Shown here: piece after piece, positions 1 to 18,340 of the stretch
Numbering within the stretch: position 1 is the first letter of the stretch
Layout of the letters: the number at the start of each line of letters is the position of its first letter
Assembly (NCBI GenBank): GCA_963702895.1
Contig: OY969767.1
Location: 576,001-640,000 of the forward strand
DNA from: an uncultured Elusimicrobia bacterium
GTDB lineage: Bacteria; Elusimicrobiota; Elusimicrobia; 2-01-FULL-59-12
Reading direction: 5' to 3'
DNA: 64,000 nt
The notes under the pieces: model-generated
Told to the model about the DNA's origin: nothing
What the model saw: the letters and a program-made list of their open reading frames with translations, nothing else
Database searches by the model: none
Made by a program: the position numbers and the translations under genes

Positions 1-1222
1 CGGAAAAGAAGGACATGGTTTGAACTCTGGCCAGCACGTCGTGTTCTAAGCCGAAAATCTTCACTTTCTTCGCGCCTTCGGCGAGGCGTCTGCCCAGGGT
101 GCCTTCCGCCTGATAGCCGACCAGGAGGACCGTGGTGGATTCTTTGTCGATGTGCTGGCGCAGGTGATGCAGGATGCGGCCGCCTTCGCACATGCCGGAG
201 GCGGACACAATCACCATGGGACCGGGCCGATCGTTTAAGCGTTTAGACTCTTCGGCGGACCTCAAGTAGTGGACGCTTTCAAATCCAAAGGGGTCGCCTT
301 CCTTGGCAATGTAGTCTTTAAATTCAGGGGTGAGGTGGAAGTCGCCCAGGTGTTGATTGAAGATTTCGGTGATGTTGACGGCCATGGGGCTGTCCACATA
401 GAGCGGAAGGGCCGGGATGCGGCCCCGGCGCCTGAGTTTTTCAAGGATGAAGATGATTTCCTGCGTGCGCTCAAGCGCAAAGCTGGGAATGAGGACCCTT
501 CCTTTTTCTTCCACAGCCCGTCCCAGGACCTTCGCGAAGGTTTCTTCTGCGTTTTCGATCTTTCCATGGAGGCGGTCGCCATAGGTGCTTTCGATGAGGA
601 GATAGTCCACGTTCCGGGGGGGCTCGGGGCTTTTCATGAGAAGCGTTTGTCGCCGGCCCAGATCTCCCGTGAAAAGAATTCGGCGCGGGCCTTGGTCCGT
701 GCGGAGGTCCAGCTGGATCATGGCTGATCCCAGGACATGGCCGGCATTTAAATAGGTGGCGCTAAGGTCCGGGGCGATGGGCACCGGTCGTGCGTGACCC
801 ACGGCCTGGAATTGCGCGAGGACCCGCTCGGCGTCTTCTTGGGTGTAGAGGGGTGCGATCCAGTGCCCTTCGGCGGCGTGGATTTTATTGAAGAAGGCAG
901 CATCTTCCTCTTGGAGCTTGCCCGAATCCGGGAGCATGATGCCGCAAAGATCGCGCGTGGCCTCTGTGGCATAGATGGGGCCCTTGAATCCTGCTTTGGC
1001 CAAGAGCGGCAAACTTCCGCTATGATCAATATGGGCATGGGAGAGGAGCACGGCATCCAGCGCCTGGACCTCAAAGGGGAAGGCTCGATTTTTATCCAAT
1101 GCGTCGCGGCGGTGCCCCTGGAAGAGTCCGCAGTCCAGAAGAAGCTTCGCATGGGGAGTGGTAAGGTAATGCCGAGACCCTGTGACTTCGCCGGCGGCGC
1201 CGCAGAATTGGATGCGGATCAT
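1..1222 (-). CDS. MBL-fold metallo-hydrolase, beta-CASP RNA-processing family (partial, runs off window start)
   Basis: Manual minus-strand translation: MIRIQFCGAAGEVTGSRHYL...LLSHAHIDHSGSLP...IYATEAT...SASGMCEGGRILHHL...VGYQAEGTLGR. Alternative start at 1234. Confidence 0.9.
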   Translation of the reverse strand, partial: MIRIQFCGAAGEVTGSRHYLTTPHAKLLLDCGLFQGHRRDALDKNRAFPFEVQALDAVLLSHAHIDHSGSLPLLAKAGFKGPIYATEATRDLCGIMLPDSGKLQEEDAAFFNKIHAAEGHWIAPLYTQEDAERVLAQFQAVGHARPVPIAPDLSATYLNAGHVLGSAMIQLDLRTDQGPRRILFTGDLGRRQTLLMKSPEPPRNVDYLLIESTYGDRLHGKIENAEETFAKVLGRAVEEKGRVLIPSFALERTQEIIFILEKLRRRGRIPALPLYVDSPMAVNITEIFNQHLGDFHLTPEFKDYIAKEGDPFGFESVHYLRSAEESKRLNDRPGPMVIVSASGMCEGGRILHHLRQHIDKESTTVLLVGYQAEGTLGRRLAEGAKKVKIFGLEHDVLARVQTMSFFS

Positions 1223-1283
1223 CGGGGCCAGCATAGCAAAATTCATTTCGACTTGATCTTGCGGCGAAAGGGGAAGGGAATTT

Positions 1284-2453
1284 GTGAAGACCCGTCAGAA
1301 AGAGTCCACGTTGGAGTCTGAACGGGGCGTTGGGGGACCCAGGAGACTCTTTCTGAAGCCATTCCAGGCATGGAAACATCCCTATTTGATTTTTTTCTTG
1401 AGCATGCTGATCTACATCGGCATGAGCACTTCGTTTGCCTCGCGCAAGCCCTTGTGGCTGGACGAGCGCCACGGCTTACAGGTGACGCTTGGGACCCCTT
1501 GGTCGACGCTCTGGCTCAAGGGCGCTGCCACGCAAGGCAGCCCAGCCCCGCTCTTCTACCTTTTCTGTAAGGCGGGCAGAGGGATCAAGGAGAAGGCGGA
1601 TGCTTGGGGGGTCTCACCTCTTGTTTCTTGGAGGTGGTCTTCGCTGTTGCCGTTTCTCGCCGGAGCGCTGATTTTCTTGAGCCGAAAGTCACGTTGTTTA
1701 GGATCCACCCAAGCCCAGCTCCTGATCGTGACGCTTTTTCTTTTCTCCAAGACCGCGTTTCGATTTTCCTACGAAGCGCGACCCTATGCCCTGTGGCTCG
1801 TTTTGAGTTTTCTTTTTTTGGCTTGTATCGCAGAAGAGGAAAAGCCGTGGTACTGGACTCTCATTTGCCTGATGATGGGATGGACGGCGACCGCTTCCCT
1901 CTTTCAGTTTGCGGCTTTTCTTGCCGTTTACGCCTTTCTTGCGCGGCGCCTGAAGAGGAGCATTTGGCAACACGTCCAAACGATCATTCCTGTTGTGTTG
2001 GCGTCTTTCATCGCCCTTTACTACGCGCAATATGCGGGACGCTGGCCTTATCAGGGCGCGAACTGGGGCACGTGGAAGGATTTCTTGATCATGGTGAGCC
2101 ATCATCTCGCACCCCTCACGGGCGCGGCGCTGTTGGTGATGGTGTCTCGGCATGCTGGGAAAGCGCAAGCCTCCCTTCTCTACATGACGACCCTGATGTG
2201 GTACCTCATGGGTCCTTTCATTTTCGCCATCACCCGGCATCAAGGATTTTTCTTTCACAGCAGGCAATACATCTACTGGACCGCGAGCACAGTCTTCATT
2301 CTGTTGGGATTGGTTGATCTTTTGGCGCAGGAGTTTCCCGCGAGACGCGCCCACCCCGTTCGCGTTGGTTGGATTGCTCTTCTGGTGTTGTTATGTTTCG
2401 ATCGAGCAGGGGTTTATTACCCGGTCCTGGGATTTTTGAAGGCTCATTTCTAG
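1284..2453 (+). CDS. Polytopic membrane protein, probable GT-C fold (PMT/ArnT-like) glycosyltransferase
   Basis: Many hydrophobic segments; LWLDE motif after the first TM, SPAPLFY and SYEARPYAL motifs typical of GT39-like proteins. Start uncertain. Confidence 0.6.
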   Translation: MKTRQKESTLESERGVGGPRRLFLKPFQAWKHPYLIFFLSMLIYIGMSTSFASRKPLWLDERHGLQVTLGTPWSTLWLKGAATQGSPAPLFYLFCKAGRGIKEKADAWGVSPLVSWRWSSLLPFLAGALIFLSRKSRCLGSTQAQLLIVTLFLFSKTAFRFSYEARPYALWLVLSFLFLACIAEEEKPWYWTLICLMMGWTATASLFQFAAFLAVYAFLARRLKRSIWQHVQTIIPVVLASFIALYYAQYAGRWPYQGANWGTWKDFLIMVSHHLAPLTGAALLVMVSRHAGKAQASLLYMTTLMWYLMGPFIFAITRHQGFFFHSRQYIYWTASTVFILLGLVDLLAQEFPARRAHPVRVGWIALLVLLCFDRAGVYYPVLGFLKAHF

Positions 2454-2500
2454 TCCTCGCCTCAAACTTGAAGATGTTGGGAACTGAAGAAAATAACTTC

Positions 2501-2530
2501 TTGACATATTTTCGCGGGATTTCATACCAT
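2501..2530 (+). promoter_or_regulatory. rrn promoter (sigma70-type)
   Basis: TTGACA-N18-TACCAT upstream of 16S. Confidence 0.7.
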
Positions 2531-2587
2531 TTCGCCAGTTCACAATGCCCCGCAACCGCGTTCGGAAGGGTTGCGCGGTTCTTTTGC

Positions 2588-2599
2588 TGTTCTTTGAAA
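2588..2599 (+). promoter_or_regulatory. rrn leader boxA antitermination site
   Basis: TGTTCTTTGAAA, preceded by a boxB-like hairpin at 2551-2575. Confidence 0.7.
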
Positions 2600-2770
2600 T
2601 ACGAATATAGCGCAAGCCGATAAACGCCCCACAGGCTTGTCAGCGTAAGCTGGCAGGAATGTAAGGGGCGCTAAGGGTTACTTGAAGTGACTTTGGTGTT
2701 TCATAGAGCTAACAAGCAAACCTCTATTGGAACCTCGTGGCCTCTCTAGTTCGGGAGGTTGCAGGAAAAT

Positions 2771-4324
<1,554 letters not shown>

Positions 4325-4447
4325 TTTTTTTCCCTTCGGGGATTAGAATGGAAGTCGAACCTTACTCTCTGCCTTCATCAGCAGGGAGGATGCACAAGCA
4401 GTAGAAGTCAGACGCCTGGGGCGTTTGTCCGCTCGCGCTATAAATTC

Positions 4448-4510
4448 AGTTCCGGGTTCCTCGTTTAAATTCGTGGCACTAGAATACAGGAACGAGAAAC
4501 TAGGAACGAG
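4448..4510. repeat. Inverted heptamer-repeat element (GTTCCTC / GGAACGA arms)
   Basis: agttccgggttcctcgtt ... caggaacgagaaactaggaacgag; same family as 22567-22670. Confidence 0.55.
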
Positions 4511-4521
4511 GGGCTTTTTTA

Positions 4522-4595
4522 GGACCCGTAGCTCAGTTGGTTAGAGCGCACGCTTGATAAGCGTGAGGTCGAAAGTTCAAATCTTTCCGGGTCCA
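4522..4595 (+). tRNA. tRNA-Ile(GAT)
   Basis: Cloverleaf, acceptor stem GGACCCG/CGGGTCC, anticodon GAT; CCA not encoded. Confidence 0.97.
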
Positions 4596-4610
4596 GGATC
4601 TCTGAGCGAT

Positions 4611-4871
4611 ATGTTTTATGTAAATGTTTTAAAGACCGTGAAAAGTGGTTGATTGTATAAGGGCTATTCGGAAAATTTGGCAAAACGGTTGGCAGAGCAT
4701 AATACTGGACATACCAAGTCGAATCGTTATTTGAGGCCGTTTGTTCTTTTATATTCTGAGAGTTACGCGACTCGATTGGAAGCTGTTCGTCGCGAACGCT
4801 ATTTGAAATCGGGTGTTGGGCGGGAGGAGTTGGCTCAGATCCTGTCTCAGCAGGCGCTCACGGGGGTGTAG
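4611..4871 (+). pseudogene. Stand-alone GIY-YIG nuclease (UPF0213-like) with in-frame TGA at codon 14
   Basis: MFYVNVLKTVKSG*LYKGYSENLAKRLAEHNTG...EAVRRERYLKSGVGRE; TGA at 4650-4652; terminal stop lies inside tRNA-Ala. Confidence 0.85.
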
Positions 4872-4934
4872 CTCAGCTGGGAGAGCGCCTGCTTTGCAAG
4901 CAGGAGGTCACCGGTTCGATCCCGGTCACCTCCA
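4862..4934 (+). tRNA. tRNA-Ala(TGC)
   Basis: Cloverleaf, acceptor stem GGGGGTG/CACCTCC, anticodon TGC. Confidence 0.97.
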
Positions 4935-4947
4935 AAATTTAGGTTAT

Positions 4948-5048
4948 GCTGGGAGAGCGGTCGCCTGCGGCGACAGGTCGTCGGTTCGTCTGCCACAAAA
5001 CAGGCGGACGAGCGCCCGAAGTGTGGTGCTCGATCCCGATCACCTCCA
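4948..5048 (+). pseudogene. Degenerate tRNA-Ala-like copy with internal palindromes
   Basis: GCTGGGAGAGCG is identical to tRNA-Ala 4876-4887; TCGATCCCGATCACCTCCA matches the tRNA-Ala 3' end at 18/19. Confidence 0.6.
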
Positions 5049-5139
5049 GAATATTTTCGAGGGGTCTTCCCAAAGAATTCAAATTGATTTTATACCGGTT
5101 ACCCGTCAGACGCTTGGCGGGACCGCTGCGAGTCGTTGG

Positions 5140-5152
5140 CGGTCTTTGACAA
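5140..5152 (+). promoter_or_regulatory. Spacer boxA
   Basis: CGGTCTTTGACAA upstream of 23S. Confidence 0.6.
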
Positions 5153-5315
5153 CTTAATAGATCTAAACAAAATGGGCAGTCGCCAGACGTTTTGGCGGCT
5201 GAATAGTAAACGTCAAGCACCTCAATTGTAATTGTAAGGTGTAAGAGAACGAGTGAGCGTATCCTTGATTGTCCTCCGATCCCGTTAGGGTGAAGGGGGA
5301 AGGATTAAGTGATAT

Positions 5316-8324
<3,009 letters not shown>

Positions 8325-8376
8325 GTATCATTCGATCCTTAGGGTGTTTGATGTTTACACTCCTTTTGATTTAGAT

Positions 8377-8495
8377 TTCCCGGTGGTATTTCCGGTGGGG
8401 CCACACCCGATCCCATTCCGAACTCGGTAGTTAAGCCCATCAGGGCCGATGGTACTCGTCGCGCAAGTGACTGGGAGAGTAGGTCGCTGCCGGGG
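8377..8495 (+). rRNA. rrf: 5S rRNA
   Basis: CCCATTCCGAACTCGGTAGTTAAG...GGGAGAGTAGGTCGCTGCCGGG. Confidence 0.96.
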
Positions 8496-8506
8496 TTATT
8501 TTTTAA

Positions 8507-9253
8507 GTGAAATCGTCTCATAACGTCATCCTGACCCTCAGCCTGATGTTCGGCATCATGCTGATCGCTCGTGAGTCTTATGCCCGAGATCTGGGGGTTC
8601 TGGTGTTGCCCATTCATAAGGGGCGCATCACGAGCAGCCTGGTCTATGAGCATTTGAAAGTCGAAGACGATTTTGAAACGCGCGGGGAGACCGTCTTTAA
8701 GTCGCATGTCGTGGGGGCCCTCTTCAGTTACGGCCTTACCGATACGGTCTCCGTGGCGCTCAAGGGCGGATCGATCCTCGAGCCGAGAGTGGAAGCCCAA
8801 GGGGACGCTTGGGAGTCGCGCGCAGGCTACCTCTACGGCATTGATCTTTATCATGAGGTTTTCCCGTCGACCCCTCTGCGGCCGGGTGTTCAGCTTTCGG
8901 GTGGTGTGACAGGCTTTCTGGTCCCTCTCGATCGGGCCGATGTGGACGACAGCGGGATGACCCCTGTCGACCAAAAGATGTCAGGGGTCGAGTATCACGG
9001 CAGTGTGGTGGCGACTTATAAGTGGCGCATGGCCGAACCCTACGCCGGGCTGCGAGGATTCGGCAACAACGTGAGCTGGCGGGACAATTCGTCTGGAGCA
9101 AGTCCTGCAAAAATTACAGGTCATGCTCATGGCAATCTCTCGGTGGTCGTGGGACTCCCGCTGCGCCTGAGTCAAGATCTAAGAGTCTTCGTGGAAGGTC
9201 GATTTGTGAGCGAAACAGCGCTCACAGCAGGGATTACGATCGCTTCGTTTTAA
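8507..9253 (+). CDS. Hypothetical exported protein, probable outer-membrane beta-barrel
   Basis: Signal-peptide-like N-terminus, alternating beta-strand patterns, C-terminal Phe (AGITIASF). Confidence 0.6.
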   Translation: MKSSHNVILTLSLMFGIMLIARESYARDLGVLVLPIHKGRITSSLVYEHLKVEDDFETRGETVFKSHVVGALFSYGLTDTVSVALKGGSILEPRVEAQGDAWESRAGYLYGIDLYHEVFPSTPLRPGVQLSGGVTGFLVPLDRADVDDSGMTPVDQKMSGVEYHGSVVATYKWRMAEPYAGLRGFGNNVSWRDNSSGASPAKITGHAHGNLSVVVGLPLRLSQDLRVFVEGRFVSETALTAGITIASF

Positions 9254-9258
9254 CTTAT

Positions 9259-9783
9259 ATGCCAACACAACAAAAAACAAACGCGGTGCAAGATTTTGAA
9301 AAGCAGGCCCGTGAATCCAAAGGCCTGATTGTGACCTCGTTTAAGGCGCTCAAGACCGTGGAATTCAACGAGATGCGCGCGCAGCTTCGCGCGCATGCGG
9401 GCGAATACCGCGTCGTCAAGAACAGCCTGACGAAAATTGCCCTGAAGAATGCAGGGATGGAACAGCTGGCCGAGATGTTGGAGGGCCCCACCGCGATCGT
9501 CCTCGAGCGCGGGGATGCGATTGCGGCCACGAAGATTGTTTTTGAATTTGCCAGAACTCATGAGAACCTGAAAATCAACGGTGGGTTTTTGGAAGGGAAA
9601 GTTTTAACGGCCCAGGAGCTCAAGGCCATCGCTTTCCTTCCTTCCCGAGAGGTTCTCCTGGCCACGCTATTAGGGACATTGCAGGCGCCGATGGTTAATT
9701 TGGTCAGCGTTCTGCAGGCTCCGATGCGTGATCTGGTCGGCGTGCTTGACCAGATCGCGAAAAAGACACCCGAGTCGAAATAG
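9259..9783 (+). CDS. rplJ: 50S ribosomal protein L10
   Basis: YRVVKNSL...LPSREVLLATLLGTLQAP; start refined to ATG 9259. Confidence 0.96.
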   Translation: MPTQQKTNAVQDFEKQARESKGLIVTSFKALKTVEFNEMRAQLRAHAGEYRVVKNSLTKIALKNAGMEQLAEMLEGPTAIVLERGDAIAATKIVFEFARTHENLKINGGFLEGKVLTAQELKAIAFLPSREVLLATLLGTLQAPMVNLVSVLQAPMRDLVGVLDQIAKKTPESK

Positions 9784-9861
9784 AACCAAGACCAAAGGCC
9801 TATTCTCTGATGGAGAGGAAAGGATCGATGGTCCCGATAACATGTACCCTAGGAGGACGTC

Positions 9862-10248
9862 ATGGCTGATAACACTGCGTTGGTTGAACAAATCTCAAAA
9901 CTCAGCGTTCTTGAGGTTTCCGAGCTGGTCAAGGCGTTGGAAGACAAGTTTGGCGTGAAAGCTGCCGCCCCGATGGCTTTTGCTGCGGGTGCTGCGCATG
10001 CGCCAGCCGCCGGCGGCGCAGCCGCCGCTGAGGAGAAAACGGAATTTACCGTGGTCCTGTCGAGCGCAGGTTCCAACAAAATTGCCGCGATCAAGGTCGT
10101 CCGTGAATTGACAGGCCTCGGTCTCAAAGAAGCCAAGGATCTGGTGGATGGCGCTCCCAAGACGGTGAAGGAAGGCGTCAACAAGGCCCAGGCTGAAGAG
10201 ATGAAGAAAAAGCTTTCCGATGCCGGCGCGACCGTCGAAGTGAAATAA
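9862..10248 (+). CDS. rplL: 50S ribosomal protein L7/L12
   Basis: EEKTEF...[17 protein letters not shown] Shine-Dalgarno. Confidence 0.98.
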   Translation: MADNTALVEQISKLSVLEVSELVKALEDKFGVKAAAPMAFAAGAAHAPAAGGAAAAEEKTEFTVVLSSAGSNKIAAIKVVRELTGLGLKEAKDLVDGAPKTVKEGVNKAQAEEMKKKLSDAGATVEVK

Positions 10249-10356
10249 ACCGATTAAAAGTGACATTCGCTAGCTCCGTATCGATCATCCGTGCCCCTGC
10301 CATCAGGGAACGTATCGAGAGGGTTGGGGCTAGCGGATCGCTTTAGGAGGATCAGC

Positions 10357-13300
10357 TTGGAAAAGGTATCTTTTTCGCGAATCCCGTCTATTATTCCACT
10401 GCCAGAGCTGCTCGACATGCAGAAGAAGTCCATGGCGGAGTTCCTGCAGATCACTATACCCGCCGAAAAGCGGAAAATCTTAGGTCTTCAGGCCGCGTTT
10501 ATGGATGTCTTCCCCGTCAGCAACAATGACGAGAGCCTGACCATCGAGTTTGTGTCCTATGAGCTCGGGGAATCGCGCTATACCGTGGATGAAGCGCTCG
10601 CCAAAGATGCCATTTATTCCGCGCCTCTTAAGGCCACCTTCCGTATTCTCCATCGTGAAGAAAACGGCAAAGTGAAGCAAATCGCCGAGCAAGACGTTTA
10701 TATCTGCGATATTCCCTTGATGACAGAAAACGCGACCTTTGTCATCAACGGCGCGGAGCGTGTGGTGGTCAGCCAACTGCACCGCTCGCCCGGCGTGATC
10801 TTTGAAGAAGACGAAGAAAAGAAGATCTCCTCGTACGGAAAGAACCTCTATTTCGCGCGCATGATTCCGTACCGCGGCGCGTGGGTGGAGTTTGAATACG
10901 ATCTCAACAATACCCTCTTTGTCCGTCTGGATAAGCACAAAAAGCTTCCTGCCACGGTCCTTCTGCGGGCGCTGGGTCTTGAGTCCGACATGGACATCCT
11001 CCGAGTGTTCTACGACATGGAAACCCTGAGCGTGGACAGTCATGAGGAGAAACTCGTCGGCCGCGTTCTGGGAGCCGACGTGGTCCTGAAGACCACCGGT
11101 GAAGTGCTCTTTGAGGCCAATCGCGACATCTCCCGCGAAATGCTTGCGCAGATGCGCGCCAAAAAGGTCGGCGAAATATCCGTCCTCCTTCTTGACCCCA
11201 CCATTAATGATGTGACCATCCGCAACACCCTCGCCAAAGACAATATCCGCAGCCGAAAAGACGCGATCAACATGATTTACCGGGTCTTGCGCGCGCAGGA
11301 ATTCATCGCGGCCGATCAAGCGGAAAGCTATCTCGACAACCTCCTTTTTAAGTCGATTCGCAAGTATGATCTCACGCGCGTCGGCCGCTACAAGCTGAAC
11401 AAGAAACTGGCGCCCCTGGCGGAATGGATCGCCCATCGTCCCGGTTTCAAGTTCGAAGTCCCCAACGATCGCCGGCGGACGCTGACCCTCGAGGACATCC
11501 TCTGCACCATCAAGTATCTCATCCTCCTGAATAACGACATGAACGAGATCGTGGTGGGCAAAGAGACCTTCCCGATCGAGATGGATGATATCGATCATCT
11601 GGGCAACCGCCGCGTGCGCGGGATCGGCGAGCTCCTCGAGAACCAGATCCGAATTGGTCTTTCCCAGATGGCGAGGATCGTTCGTGAGCGCATGAACATT
11701 CAGGACAAGGCGACCCTGGCACCACGCGCCATCATGAATGCAGCGCCCGTGGTCGCCATCGTTCGTAAGTTTTTCGGAAGTTCTCAGCTGTCCCAATTTA
11801 TGGACCAGACCAACCCCCTGGCGGAGCTCACGCATAAGCGACGGCTTTCTGCTCTGGGTCCGGGCGGCCTTCATCGAAAGCGCGCTGGCTTTGAGGTCCG
11901 TGACGTCCACCATACCCACTATGGCCGCGTATGCCCTATTGAGACACCGGAAGGTCCGAATATCGGCCTGATCTCGTCGCTCGCCTGCTATGCGCGCGTC
12001 AACGAGTATGGCCTGATCGAATCGCCCTATCGCAAAGCGTCTCATGGCCGGGTGACCGATGAAGTGGAGTATCTGACGGCGGATGTTGAAAATGATCTCG
12101 TGGTCGCGCAAGCGAATGCCCCTATCGACAAATCAGGCAGATTCCAGATCCCGCGCATTCTCTGTCGTTATCGTGGCGACTTTAAGGAATTCGCCGTTGA
12201 AGAAATTGACTATATGGACATTTCGCCCATGCAGGTGGTTTCTGTCTCCACAGCGCTTATTCCGTTCCTGGAGCATGATGACGCCAATCGGGCCCTCATG
12301 GGCTCGAACATGCAGCGCCAGGCGGTCCCGCTCCTCATTGCGGACCCCGCCTATGTGGGCACGGGAATTGAAGATCGCGTCGCACGCGACTCCGGTGCTG
12401 CCATTACGGCCAAGCGCGCAGGACAAGTGGTGGGCATGAGCGCGGATGAAATCGCCGTCTACTCCGAAGACCCCCTGCCCCAGGGAGAGTCCGCCAAAGG
12501 GGACTCCCCGATCGACATCTATCGCTTAAAGAAATACCTCCGGTCCAACCAAGACACGACGGTCAACCAGGTCCCCCTGGCTCGCAAGGGCCAGAAAGTC
12601 CGCAAGGGGGACGTGCTGGCGGATGGCCCTTCCACAAGCGGTGGTGAGCTGGCTTTAGGCCGCAATCTCTTGGTCGCCTTCATGCCGTGGGAAGGCTATA
12701 ACTTTGAAGACGCCATCATTCTTTCCGATCGCATCGTTCGCGATGACCTTTTGACCTCGATTCACATTCACGAATTCCAGATGGAAGCCCGCGATACCAA
12801 AATGGGCGCCGAGGAAATCACCCGTGACATCCCCAACGTCGGGGCGGATTCCCTCATTAATCTCGACGAGGCCGGTATTGTCCGGCCAGGAGCCGAGGTC
12901 GTGCCTGGCGACATTCTGGTCGGAAAAGTAGCGCCCAAGGGGGAGCAGCAGGTCACGCCGGAAGAGCGCCTCCTGAAGGTGATCTTTGGCAAAAAGGCCG
13001 AAGACACGATGGACTCTTCCCTTCGCGTGCCTCCGGGCGTCAGCGGCAAAGTGATCTCCGTTCGTGTGTTTGTCCGCCGGGAGAAGCTCGCTGCCAAGGA
13101 AGAAAATCGCCGCAATAGGGAGATCGATGCACGCTATGAGCAATTGATTGAGGAAGTTCGTGAAGATCGCAAGCTCCGATTTGCGGATGTGGATGAGCTC
13201 TCTGAGAAGAAGAAGCTCACCTCACACGAAGCAGAACAGGAGAAGGACAAGATCAAGTCCTATATCCAACGCAAGGAACAGCAGCTCCGCCTTGAGATGG

Positions 13301-14190
13301 CGCGTGAGAAGGAATCCTTGCGTTTAGGGGACGAACTTCCCGTGACCGTGAATAAGATTGTGAAGGTTTATATTGCCGCCAAGCGTAAGGTTCAGGTGGG
13401 GGACAAGCTTGCCGGCCGTCATGGCAATAAAGGGGTCGTCTCGCGCATCGTCCCTCAGGAAGATATGCCCTACCTGCCCGATGGCCGCCCGGTGGATGTG
13501 GTGCTTTCACCACTGGGCGTGCCCTCCCGTATGAACGTGGGGCAGCTTCTGGAAACCATGTTGGGTTGGGCGGGCATGCAGCTGGGCATGCAGATGAATT
13601 CTTCTGTTTTCGATGGCGCCAAGGAAGAACAGGTTGTGGAGATGGTTCGCAAAGCCAAGGAGAAACTCCTCAAAGACGGCGTGCCGGAAGAGTTTCTGCC
13701 ATCCGATTACTGCAAGTTCACGCTCTATGACGGGCGGACGGGCGAAGCGTTTGATGAAAAGATCACGGTCGGCAATATGTACATGATTAAACTGGCCCAC
13801 CTGGTCGAAGACAAGATCCACGCCCGCTCCACCGGGCCCTACTCCTTGATCACGCGCCAGCCGCTCGGCGGCAAGGCACAATTCGGCGGGCAGCGGTTTG
13901 GCGAAATGGAAGTGTGGGCCATTGAGGCTTATGGCGCGGCCCATTGTCTCCAAGAATTCCTGACCGTCAAATCCGATGATGTGGCCGGCCGCGCCAAGAT
14001 GTACGAGTCCATCATCAAAGGTGAAACATTCTCCGAACCCGGCGTGCCGGAATCCTTTAAGGTGCTCGCGCGCGAGCTGCGTGCCCTCGGCTTAAATATC
14101 GAACTCGTCCGGGCCGAGCGCGGCAAAAATGGCTCGGGTCCTAAGTCCAGTGGAAAATCATCTGAAGCCGTAGCGGCGAAGGAGGCCTAA
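10357..14190 (+). CDS. rpoB: RNA polymerase beta subunit
   Basis: GDKLAGRHGNKG, GGQRFGEMEVW; probable TTG start after AGGAGG. Confidence 0.98.
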   Translation: MEKVSFSRIPSIIPLPELLDMQKKSMAEFLQITIPAEKRKILGLQAAFMDVFPVSNNDESLTIEFVSYELGESRYTVDEALAKDAIYSAPLKATFRILHREENGKVKQIAEQDVYICDIPLMTENATFVINGAERVVVSQLHRSPGVIFEEDEEKKISSYGKNLYFARMIPYRGAWVEFEYDLNNTLFVRLDKHKKLPATVLLRALGLESDMDILRVFYDMETLSVDSHEEKLVGRVLGADVVLKTTGEVLFEANRDISREMLAQMRAKKVGEISVLLLDPTINDVTIRNTLAKDNIRSRKDAINMIYRVLRAQEFIAADQAESYLDNLLFKSIRKYDLTRVGRYKLNKKLAPLAEWIAHRPGFKFEVPNDRRRTLTLEDILCTIKYLILLNNDMNEIVVGKETFPIEMDDIDHLGNRRVRGIGELLENQIRIGLSQMARIVRERMNIQDKATLAPRAIMNAAPVVAIVRKFFGSSQLSQFMDQTNPLAELTHKRRLSALGPGGLHRKRAGFEVRDVHHTHYGRVCPIETPEGPNIGLISSLACYARVNEYGLIESPYRKASHGRVTDEVEYLTADVENDLVVAQANAPIDKSGRFQIPRILCRYRGDFKEFAVEEIDYMDISPMQVVSVSTALIPFLEHDDANRALMGSNMQRQAVPLLIADPAYVGTGIEDRVARDSGAAITAKRAGQVVGMSADEIAVYSEDPLPQGESAKGDSPIDIYRLKKYLRSNQDTTVNQVPLARKGQKVRKGDVLADGPSTSGGELALGRNLLVAFMPWEGYNFEDAIILSDRIVRDDLLTSIHIHEFQMEARDTKMGAEEITRDIPNVGADSLINLDEAGIVRPGAEVVPGDILVGKVAPKGEQQVTPEERLLKVIFGKKAEDTMDSSLRVPPGVSGKVISVRVFVRREKLAAKEENRRNREIDARYEQLIEEVREDRKLRFADVDELSEKKKLTSHEAEQEKDKIKSYIQRKEQQLRLEMAREKESLRLGDELPVTVNKIVKVYIAAKRKVQVGDKLAGRHGNKGVVSRIVPQEDMPYLPDGRPVDVVLSPLGVPSRMNVGQLLETMLGWAGMQLGMQMNSSVFDGAKEEQVVEMVRKAKEKLLKDGVPEEFLPSDYCKFTLYDGRTGEAFDEKITVGNMYMIKLAHLVEDKIHARSTGPYSLITRQPLGGKAQFGGQRFGEMEVWAIEAYGAAHCLQEFLTVKSDDVAGRAKMYESIIKGETFSEPGVPESFKVLARELRALGLNIELVRAERGKNGSGPKSSGKSSEAVAAKEA

Positions 14191-18339
<4,149 letters not shown>

Positions 18340-18340
18340 G

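Noticed and set aside
269..1321. Plus-strand ORFs 269-727 and 794-1321
   Set aside because: Antisense shadows of the minus-strand MBL gene.
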